Source of the DNA: Myxococcales bacterium
GTDB lineage: Bacteria > UBA10199 > 2-02-FULL-44-16 > JAAZCA01
DNA length: 64,000 bases
Direction: 5' to 3'
Assembly: GCA_012513515.1 (NCBI GenBank)
Contig: JAAZCA010000036.1
Coordinates: 9,045-73,044, forward strand
The notes under the pieces were generated by a model. It was given only the letters and a program-made list of their open reading frames with translations. It ran no database searches and was not told the origin of the DNA. Positions 31,793 to 39,292 of this stretch are shown piece by piece; position 1 is the first letter of the stretch; each line of letters starts with the position of its first letter. The position numbers were made by a program, and so were the translations under genes.

Positions 31793-31965
31793 GGCGCAAG
31801 GTTTCCTGGCTTCGAGGGGATCTCTTTTTGCCTCGCCTTCCCGCCCCGCGGTAGGCGGGACAGTGACTTGCGGCAGAAGGGTGTTCCTCTTACAGTGGCG
31901 GGACCGCGCGGGATTTTCACCCGGCTTCCCTTGAACGTCGAATCAGCAAATTGTGCGGCATCACT
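31793..31965 (-). promoter_or_regulatory. Cobalamin (AdoCbl) riboswitch
   Basis: Minus strand AAGGGAAgccGGGTGAAAATCCcgcgCGGtCCCGCCACTGTAA ... AAGTCACTG ... GGGAAGG ... AGCCAGGAAACCT (B12 box); ends approximate. Confidence 0.93.
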
Positions 31966-32041
31966 AACAGGAAGGGATATCGCTTGTCAATAAAAGCTAT
32001 TCTCGTTGCTTTTGCCCGCGAAATGAGGTTTGAAGCGCGAT

Positions 32042-32719
32042 ATGAAGAAAAGCGGTGAAATGAGTACGACCCTTTGGGATTTCCCCTCCCGGCATATCGG
32101 GTCCTCCATTCAGGGGGATGATTCCTATATAGGCGCGACACCGGCCGGAATTATCTGGAATCTTCTCGAGAGATATACGCGGGAAGGGGACCTCGTAGTC
32201 GACCCGATGTGCGGAAGCGGCACGACTCTGGATGTAGCCCGCGAACTTTCGAGGCGTGCTCTCGGCTATGATCTCAAACCGTCCCGCAAGGATATCTTTC
32301 GCGCTGATGCGAGAAAACTTCCGTTGGAAAACGGGAAGGCGGATTTCATCTTCGTTGATCCTCCGTATTCGACGCACATCGACTATTCGGATGATCCGAG
32401 ATGTATCGGGAAGCTTTCGGCGTTCGAGGAAAAATATTTCAAGGAGATGGAAAGGGTGATCGCGGAATGCGACAGGATCCTGCGCCCCAAGCGCTGCATG
32501 GCCCTTTACGTTTCCGACACATATCAGAAGAAAAAAGGGTTTGTGCCAATCGGATTTCGTCTATTCGAGATGCTTTGCCGGCGCTTTCGGCCGCTTGATG
32601 TCGTAGCAGTGGTTAGGCATAACAGGAAACTGAAGCGCGGAAACTGGCATGCCGAGGCGATAAAAGGGAATTTCTACCTGCGCGGCTTCAATTACCTCTT
32701 TATAATGAAGAAAGATTGA
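32042..32719 (+). CDS. Orphan amino-(N4C/N6A) methyltransferase (DNA methylase/TRM11-like)
   Basis: SAM motif VVDPMCGSGTT then catalytic DPPY; N-terminal TTLWDFP. Confidence 0.8.
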   Translation: MKKSGEMSTTLWDFPSRHIGSSIQGDDSYIGATPAGIIWNLLERYTREGDLVVDPMCGSGTTLDVARELSRRALGYDLKPSRKDIFRADARKLPLENGKADFIFVDPPYSTHIDYSDDPRCIGKLSAFEEKYFKEMERVIAECDRILRPKRCMALYVSDTYQKKKGFVPIGFRLFEMLCRRFRPLDVVAVVRHNRKLKRGNWHAEAIKGNFYLRGFNYLFIMKKD

Positions 32720-32790
32720 AGTGTTTAACCTTTTGATATTACTGAATATTGTTGTGAATGTGGCGGGCGTTATGGTGCGGCTCAATTTCC

Positions 32791-32819
32791 TTGAAAATGT
32801 AGGTGCAATCGGTTAGCTT
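32791..32819 (+). promoter_or_regulatory. Candidate sigma70 promoter of the tRNA cluster
   Basis: TTGAAA-17 nt-TAGCTT (same -10 as ferredoxin promoter), followed by a GC-rich discriminator. Confidence 0.5.
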
Positions 32820-32874
32820 CCGCCGCCATTTGATCGGCGGTACCGTTTTTTGAAATTGGATTCGTATTTTTGTT

Positions 32875-32990
32875 GTCATCCCCGCATGGTTTTGGCGGGG
32901 ATCCAAAAACTGCCGTGACTTTTTCGAGGTTCGATGGTCGAAAACAGGAAGTGTTGGAACTGGATTGCTTCGCTTGGCGCTCGCAATGAC
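32875..32990. repeat. REP-like palindrome pair
   Basis: GTCATCCCCGC-atggttttg-GCGGGGATCCA (32875-32905) and TGGATTGCTTCG...CTCGCAATGAC (32961-32990) with mutually inverted GTCAT/ATCCA ends. Confidence 0.65.
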
Positions 32991-33095
32991 GGCGAGTGTG
33001 TCATCGCGCTATGCTCACCAACGGTTTAGTGGCGGGCAATGCTGGCTCCGCCATTAATGCGTCGGCAGGTGCTCGATTTGACAGCAGCTTTTTGT

Positions 33096-33167
33096 GGGCG
33101 CATAACTCAGCGGAAGAGTGCGATCCTCACACGGTCGAAGTCGCAGGTTCAAACCCTGCTGCGCCCA
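33096..33167 (+). tRNA. tRNA-Val(CAC)
   Basis: Acceptor GGGCGCA/TGCGCCC, anticodon arm CGATC-CT CAC AC-GGTCG, T arm GCAGG-TTCAAAC-CCTGC; CCA not encoded. Confidence 0.93.
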
Positions 33168-33246
33168 CAAAAAGCTGCGCCAAATCGGGAGTTCAAACCC
33201 AGCAACGCCCACAGTAGGACAGGGAGTAGGGGTAGAAAAGTGGAAT

Positions 33247-33318
33247 GCCCCCGTAGCTCAGTGGATAGAGTACCTGCCTCCGGAGCAGGTTGCGCAGGTT
33301 CGATTCCTGCCGGGGGCG
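33247..33318 (+). tRNA. tRNA-Arg(CCG)
   Basis: GCCCCCG/CGGGGGC acceptor, CCTGC-CT CCG GA-GCAGG, GGTTCGATTCC; CCA not encoded. Confidence 0.95.
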
Positions 33319-33422
33319 CAGGAGATTTGTTGTGCGGATATCCCCTCTATTTTCCATTTTCTATTTTCGTAAAATGGGAAACAGGAAATTGAAAATGGGC
33401 GGAAATTTGTAAAACGGATTTT

Positions 33423-33779
33423 GGGGCAGTAGCTCAGCTTAAGAGAGCACCACGTTCGTCCCGACGTCCGCATTCCTCCGTAGGCGGGATTTGCGGCGTC
33501 GAGGATCCTCGATGTGACTGACAATTTTTTGCTTTACCCCTTATGGGTTGAGAGGGGCACTAGCTCAGTTGGGAGAGCACCACGTTCGCAACGTGGGGGT
33601 CGAGGGTTCGAATCCCTTGTGCTCCACTGAGCCCACGAGGGCGTGAAGCGAAAAATTGTGCCACATCGGGACAAGTGGGGGCCAAGGGTTCGAACGAACA
33701 AATGTTATGATGCGTGAGGGCGAAGCCCGGAACAAATAGCCCTGATCATCAGAACGAAGTGACAATCCCTTCTACTCCA
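33423..33779 (+). pseudogene. Split, degenerate outer tRNA-Ala(CGC): pieces 33423-33458, 33672-33694, 33766-33779
   Basis: Joined pieces give GGGGCAG TA GCTC...GAGC A CCACG TT CGC AA -GTGG GGGCC AAGGG TTCGAAT CCCTT CTACTCC A. Confidence 0.75.
33554..33626 (+). tRNA. tRNA-Ala(CGC)
   Basis: GGGGCAC/GTGCTCC acceptor with G3:U70, CCACG-TT CGC AA-CGTGG, GGTTCGAATCC; CCA not encoded. Confidence 0.95.
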
Positions 33780-33780
33780 C

Positions 33781-33826
33781 AAAAAAGAAAAGGGTCGCTG
33801 GTTTTTTGGCGGCCCCTTTCTTTTTT
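33781..33826 (+). terminator. Intrinsic terminator after tRNA cluster
   Basis: AAAAAAGAAAAGGGTCGC...GCGGCCCCTTTCTTTTTT hairpin with T-tract. Confidence 0.75.
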
Positions 33827-34106
33827 GGTGGGGTTGAGGATGAGAACCGCAGCCGCAAGGTTGCCGGTTCCGACGCCCGACCATGTGAGGCGATTCTTTT
33901 ATTCTTGAATTTTGCAGACTTCAGATCCTCAGATTAAATGCTATTCAAAGATCAAATCCGTACGATTGTCTCTTGTTTTGTACATCTGAACAATTTATTG
34001 ACGCTTGAAGTCTATAGTGTAAGTAGATCCTATATTGCAGATTTTGGACAAGACCGTAAGAGCCTGTGACAAATCAAATCGGAAATAAAACACAAATAGC
34101 GATTGC

Positions 34107-34808
34107 GTGATGTATTTAATTACGGTAAAATTCCAAAACTGCATAGCCTGGTTTTCTAAATTTTTTAATGGAGATTCTTTTGAGGGATTTGGCAATGAAT
34201 GGTATTTTCTCATTATAAAAATTATTTACTTGGGATTTGCACTGATCATTATGAGGTACGTAGGCGGTTTGTCCCCCAAGCAGCTTGGAATTACCATTGA
34301 TCGTAACAAAAAAACTTTTATTTTTTGGTTTGCGTCATCTGTAGGGTTCGCAATTCTGGTGATGTGTTTTTATATTCTTCTTATTAATATCTACTCATAT
34401 TTTATAGGTGTTATTAATATTAATTTTTTATCCATAGTCGAAACTTTAAATAAATTAAGTTCGTATGATATAATCAACCATTTCTTTATATCACCTATAT
34501 TTGAAGAAATATTTTTTCGAGCAATTCTTTGTTCGGTTTTTGCGTATTTATGCGGGTGGAACGTTTCTTTTATTGTTGTTACGAATGGGTTGTTATTTAG
34601 TATCGCACATTTTTACTATGGGAACCCAGATCCGGCCAATCTAGTCGGAGGTTATTTTCTCGCGTGGTCTTTTTGTATAAGTCGTTCTGTAATTACGCCG
34701 ATAATGTTTCATATCATAGGTAATGCTCTTTGTTTTTTTCCAAATATTATAAGCACGTTTTACCCAACGCTAATCTTGGATGTAACTTCAAAGCTTAATT
34801 TTTTCTAG
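34107..34808 (+). CDS. CPBP (CAAX/Abi) family intramembrane glutamic endopeptidase, AT-rich
   Basis: PIFEEIFFR, LFSIAH, PIMFHIIGN motifs; multiple TM helices; start uncertain. Confidence 0.8.
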   Translation: MMYLITVKFQNCIAWFSKFFNGDSFEGFGNEWYFLIIKIIYLGFALIIMRYVGGLSPKQLGITIDRNKKTFIFWFASSVGFAILVMCFYILLINIYSYFIGVININFLSIVETLNKLSSYDIINHFFISPIFEEIFFRAILCSVFAYLCGWNVSFIVVTNGLLFSIAHFYYGNPDPANLVGGYFLAWSFCISRSVITPIMFHIIGNALCFFPNIISTFYPTLILDVTSKLNFF

Positions 34809-34970
34809 TTATCCAGGGGCACATACCGTTTGTGTCCCCGAAAAAGCTTCTAAATATCAAATAGTTGCTTGTTTTAAGAGGGGCGGCTCCTCTCTTTTGG
34901 GGACGCTTACCGTTTGTCTCCCCCGAAAGTGTTTGCGAAATTGGGTATCTGCAAGTATGCCTGCCGCCCG

Positions 34971-36605
34971 ATGAAAACAGTCGATAATGCAATAAGGGGC
35001 GAGATCACCCGCCGCAAGACCTTCGCGATAATTTCGCATCCCGATGCCGGAAAGACAACCGTCACCGAGAAGCTGCTCCTTTTTGGGAACGCCATCCAGA
35101 TGGCGGGTACCGTCAAGGCGAAGCGATCTGCGCAGTTCGCCACCTCCGATTGGATGGAGATAGAAAAACAGCGCGGCATTTCAGTCACCTCTGCGGTGAT
35201 GCAGTTTTCGTATGCCAATCACGAGATCAATCTTCTCGATACCCCTGGCCACGCCGATTTCAGCGAGGATACATACCGAGTTCTTACGGCCGTCGACAGC
35301 GCGCTGATGGTCATCGATGCCGCAAAGGGAATCGAGGCGCAGACTAAAAAACTTTTTCAGGTCTGCCGAGATCGCCACATGCCGATCATGACGTTGATGA
35401 ACAAGATGGATCGCGAGGGGCGAAATCCATTCGATCTGATCGATGAACTTGAGAATCAGCTCCATCTTTCATGCACGGTCATGACCTGGCCAATAGGCCA
35501 GGGGCGCGATTTTCGCGGTGTGTACGATCTCAAGGAGAAATGCATCAGGCTCTTCAGGCCGGGAGTGAAGGATCTTCACGAAGGGGATGACTTGAGGCTC
35601 GTTCGCGACCTCGATGATACGGAACTGAAAAAGCTCGTCGGCGAAGATGCAATTGCGAAGCTCAAAGATGATCTCGAGCTGATCGAAGGGGCGGGGCACG
35701 GGTTTGACGAGAAGGGATATCTATCCGGAAAACTCACCCCCGTCTTTTTCGGATCCGCCATAAATAACTTTGGAATAAGGGAGCTCCTCGAAGCATTTGT
35801 GAATTACGCCCCATCGCCGCTTCCGAGGCCGGCTGAAACTCGTGTCGTTGATCCGTTCGAGGGGAATTTTTCAGGGCTTATATTCAAGATTCAGGCGAAT
35901 ATGGATCCCAACCACAGGGACCGCATTGCATTCTTGAGAATCTGCGCCGGCGAATTCATCCAGGGGATGTCGGTCTATCACGTTCGTGCTGGCAAGGAAT
36001 TTCGAATAAAAAATGCGCTGCAGTTCATGTCTCAAAAACGCAGCAACATCGATAGGGCGTACGCCGGAGATATCATAGGAATACACGACCGTGGCAATCT
36101 CATGATAGGGGATGCGCTGACGATGGGCGAAGATCTGAAGTTCACAGGAATTCCGCAGTTTTCTCCCGACAGGTTCAGCCTTGTGACGCTGAAAAATCCG
36201 ATCAAGGTGAAGCAGCTTCACAAAGGACTCGGGCAGCTAGCGGAGGAAGGCAGTTCGCAGCTTTTTCGTAGGAAATACAACTCGGACATCATAATAGGTG
36301 TCGTCGGTCAGCTGCAGTTCGAGGTCGTGAAATTCAGGCTGCTAAACGAATATGGCGCGGATGCTATATTTCATCCCATGAATTATACGTGTTCCAGATG
36401 GTATCGTTCGGCCGATAGAAAAAAGCGGGAGGCATTCGAAAACTATTACCGCGACCACATAGTCTATGATGCCCGCGGCTATCCTATGATACTCTTTAAA
36501 AGCGAATGGGAGCTGGGATATATTCAGGAAAAGCATCCTGAAATCAGCTTCTATTCAAGCCTTATAAATTACGAGCAGGAATGTTCTGAAAAAGCCGATA
36601 CCTAA
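34971..36605 (+). CDS. prfC: Peptide chain release factor 3
   Basis: RRKTFAIISHPDAGKTT.TEKLLL, SDWMEIEKQRGIS, DTPGH, MDPNHRDR. Confidence 0.96.
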   Translation: MKTVDNAIRGEITRRKTFAIISHPDAGKTTVTEKLLLFGNAIQMAGTVKAKRSAQFATSDWMEIEKQRGISVTSAVMQFSYANHEINLLDTPGHADFSEDTYRVLTAVDSALMVIDAAKGIEAQTKKLFQVCRDRHMPIMTLMNKMDREGRNPFDLIDELENQLHLSCTVMTWPIGQGRDFRGVYDLKEKCIRLFRPGVKDLHEGDDLRLVRDLDDTELKKLVGEDAIAKLKDDLELIEGAGHGFDEKGYLSGKLTPVFFGSAINNFGIRELLEAFVNYAPSPLPRPAETRVVDPFEGNFSGLIFKIQANMDPNHRDRIAFLRICAGEFIQGMSVYHVRAGKEFRIKNALQFMSQKRSNIDRAYAGDIIGIHDRGNLMIGDALTMGEDLKFTGIPQFSPDRFSLVTLKNPIKVKQLHKGLGQLAEEGSSQLFRRKYNSDIIIGVVGQLQFEVVKFRLLNEYGADAIFHPMNYTCSRWYRSADRKKREAFENYYRDHIVYDARGYPMILFKSEWELGYIQEKHPEISFYSSLINYEQECSEKADT

Positions 36606-36617
36606 TTTGGGAGGGTT

Positions 36618-38741
36618 ATGGCGAAAATTCACAAAACTCATCCGCTGAGGCAGATATTTTGGGCAGCAGCGATAGCCGCTGTATCGGTAATTCTGCTCCT
36701 CTCTCTTTCCAAGACCAAGCTGTTCAGGATTACCGAGTTAAAAACATATGATCTGCGAATGTCACTTCTGAGAAGCGGGCGCGCTGTTCCGGAAAACGTG
36801 GTCATGTTCTATGTGGACGAGCCATCGCTTCGTCACATGGAGTCTCAAGGGGTGAGCTGGCCGTGGCCCCGCGAACTCTATTCGATGGCGCTCGATTTCT
36901 GCAAGCGTGGCGGTGCGCGTGCCGCTGTTTTCGATATTTTCTTTTCTGAGGACTCGGTTTACGGCGTCGAAGATGATGAGGCTTTTACCTTCGGAATAAA
37001 GAGTGGACCGCCATCATATTTTGTTCTCTTCCTGTCTAAAAATAAGGCAGAAATTACGCCTGTCGGAGAGATTGCGATTTCCAAAACAGACATTCCATTT
37101 CAAAGCGATCTCCCTCCATGGGTGTTAAAAAGTAATTCAATAAGTTCGCTGCCGATACCCGGAGTTGCTGAGTCGGCCTCTGGTTTCGGAAACGCCCAGG
37201 TTCCTCCCGATGAGGACGGGATCTATAGAAGGATATCTCTGATAGATGCTATGGATTCTCATGCCATTCCTGCAATTTCTCTGAAAGTGGTCAGCGATGT
37301 GAGAGGGGTCGGGAATATCGAGTGGCTGCAGAGAAAAAATATCAAAATGGATGGCAGGAATCTGCCGCTCGATTCCGACGGCATGATGATGATCAACTAT
37401 TATGGGGGTACCGATACATTTCCAAATTATCCGCTTGCTGGAATTATTTCCTCCGCATTTCAAGTGGCAAACGGAGATGATCCTCAAATTTCCCCCGAAG
37501 TTGTGAAGGACAAGATCGTGATCTTCGGCCTCGCTGCTCCGGGACTTTACGACATGAAGCCATCTCCTATATCGCGCGTATATCCAGGCCCGGAGGTGCA
37601 CGCAACTGTCATAGAAAATTTGATGCGAGGAGATTTCATGCGGCCTTTTCGGGCGCATGCTGATTTTGTAGTGGTATTTTTGTCGGCTGCCATCGCATCT
37701 CTTGGCCTTACATGGATAGCGACATCTTGGGGAATAGCGATATTCATAGCCATCGTGCTTTGCTCTATAGCGGGTTCCTCCTTTCTGCTTTTTGCGAACG
37801 GTATTTGGATGCCGGTTGTCACACCGTTTCTTGCCGCTTCGTTTTCGTCATTTGCGATGATATTGAAAAATTATCTCACCGAGGGAAGGCGTAGGCGCGA
37901 GATAAAGTCGGCCTTCAAACAGTATCTCTCCCCCGAGGTCGTATCGGAGATATCCAAGGACCCCGAAAGTTTGCGACTGGGGGGAGAGGAAAAAATCGTC
38001 ACGCTGTTTTTCTCGGACATAGCGGATTTCACGACGATCTCCGAAAGCACCGAGCCCCCGGCGCTAGTGGCTCAACTCAACGAATATTTTTCATCGACGA
38101 CGAGAATTATACAGGAAAGCGGAGGGACTCTCGACAAGTACATAGGCGATGCGATCATGGCGTTCTGGGGGGCGCCGCTGCCTATGGATGATCACGCCGC
38201 CAAGGCCGCGATCGCTGCGCTTCGAATACAATCGCTTCTTGATAAGGGATCTCCATTTACGACCAGAATCGGCATTCACACTGGACCTGCCGTGGTCGGC
38301 AACATAGGGTCGGATATACGGTTCAACTACACCGCTATCGGCGACACCGTGAATCTAGCCTCCCGCCTTGAGGGGCTCAACAAAAAACTGGGAACTCGGA
38401 TCATGATGAGCGAATCCAGCTTCGAAGCTTCGAAGGATTTTTTGGAAGCGAGAAGGATAGGGGCTGTAAGGGTTAAGGGGCGTTCGAAACCTGTCGGAAT
38501 ATACGAACCTCTCGGTGCTATAGGTGAATCGCATTCCCTTTCCGGCGATCTTCTTTCGATATTCTCCGATGCGCTTTTGCTCTTCGAAGTCGGAAGATTC
38601 AGCGAGGCCGCTGCTCTGTTTAACAAAGTTGCGGGAATAACCGGCGATCAGTGCTCAAAAATTTATGTTGGCATTTGCAATCAATATGATTTGAATCCCC
38701 CCGAAGGGTTTGATGGAGTTATAAATTTCACTACAAAATAA
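36618..38741 (+). CDS. CHASE2-domain class III adenylate/guanylate cyclase
   Basis: WPWPR CHASE2, 3 TM, FSDIADFT, DKYIGDAIMAFWGAP, YTAIGDTVNLASRLE, VKGR. Confidence 0.93.
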   Translation: MAKIHKTHPLRQIFWAAAIAAVSVILLLSLSKTKLFRITELKTYDLRMSLLRSGRAVPENVVMFYVDEPSLRHMESQGVSWPWPRELYSMALDFCKRGGARAAVFDIFFSEDSVYGVEDDEAFTFGIKSGPPSYFVLFLSKNKAEITPVGEIAISKTDIPFQSDLPPWVLKSNSISSLPIPGVAESASGFGNAQVPPDEDGIYRRISLIDAMDSHAIPAISLKVVSDVRGVGNIEWLQRKNIKMDGRNLPLDSDGMMMINYYGGTDTFPNYPLAGIISSAFQVANGDDPQISPEVVKDKIVIFGLAAPGLYDMKPSPISRVYPGPEVHATVIENLMRGDFMRPFRAHADFVVVFLSAAIASLGLTWIATSWGIAIFIAIVLCSIAGSSFLLFANGIWMPVVTPFLAASFSSFAMILKNYLTEGRRRREIKSAFKQYLSPEVVSEISKDPESLRLGGEEKIVTLFFSDIADFTTISESTEPPALVAQLNEYFSSTTRIIQESGGTLDKYIGDAIMAFWGAPLPMDDHAAKAAIAALRIQSLLDKGSPFTTRIGIHTGPAVVGNIGSDIRFNYTAIGDTVNLASRLEGLNKKLGTRIMMSESSFEASKDFLEARRIGAVRVKGRSKPVGIYEPLGAIGESHSLSGDLLSIFSDALLLFEVGRFSEAAALFNKVAGITGDQCSKIYVGICNQYDLNPPEGFDGVINFTTK

Positions 38742-38754
38742 ACGGAGGTTTCTC

Positions 38755-39225
38755 ATGAAGAGACTCTTTTTTGCGGTGATCTTTGTTGTATCTGCTATCG
38801 CTGCGACACAGCTCTTTGCGCAGCAGAAGATGACGGTTGAGGTGCGTGAGGTTATGGTGAAGACGAGTCCTAATTATCTCGCCCAGTCTTCGGGAAAGCT
38901 CTCCTACGGCACCGAGGTAAATGTCATCGGCGAGGAGGGGAGTTGGATCAGGATTTCTTCACCATCCGGATATCTTCCGAAGAGCTCGGTTACCAAGAAG
39001 TCGATTCCCAAAAATCCTGACCAGAAATATGCTGGTGGAAGCGTCAAGCACGACGAGGTGGCGCTGGCCGGAAAGGGTTTCAACCCCCAGGTCGAGGCGC
39101 AGTACAAGAAAAACAATGCGCAGATGGCTGTGGCATTTTCAAGCGTAGACAAGATCGAAAAATTAGGATCCAGCGAGGCTGAGCTTCGCGCGTTTCAATC
39201 GGCAGGAAAATTGAAGCCAAGATGA
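38755..39225 (+). CDS. Exported SH3-like domain protein
   Basis: Signal peptide, LSYGTEVNVIGEEGSWIRI SH3b-like, DEVALAGKGFNPQVE tail. Confidence 0.75.
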   Translation: MKRLFFAVIFVVSAIAATQLFAQQKMTVEVREVMVKTSPNYLAQSSGKLSYGTEVNVIGEEGSWIRISSPSGYLPKSSVTKKSIPKNPDQKYAGGSVKHDEVALAGKGFNPQVEAQYKKNNAQMAVAFSSVDKIEKLGSSEAELRAFQSAGKLKPR

Positions 39226-39292
39226 TTCGTATTAATCCGATCTTTTTGATGCGATGGAAAATTAATTCAGACCAAAAACAAGAGGTGATGGC

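Noticed and set aside
31753-31920. N-terminal extension of the TonB receptor in the ORF track
   Set aside because: It overlaps the cobalamin riboswitch; the RBS and signal peptide favour the ATG at 31752.
32042-32719. Restriction-modification system
   Set aside because: There is no neighbouring endonuclease or specificity gene.
32765-32771. GGGCGTT as the 5' acceptor strand of the outer tRNA-Val (pairs perfectly with AACGCCC at 33204-33210)
   Set aside because: Only 7 nt, not followed by a D-arm, and upstream of the probable promoter, so chance is plausible.
33459-33671. Group I/II intron in the tRNA-Ala anticodon loop
   Set aside because: The insert is fully accounted for by hairpins plus a tRNA; no P/Q/R/S core or domain V is visible; the outer exons are degenerate.
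32996-33908. Several short ORFs across the tRNA cluster (likewise 60639-61004 and 62547-62981)
   Set aside because: They are translations of tRNA and repeat sequence with no protein motifs.
33096-34810. Integrated prophage/ICE bounded by tRNA att duplications
   Set aside because: No integrase or phage genes; the duplicated ends lie only tens to about 150 bp from the intact genes.
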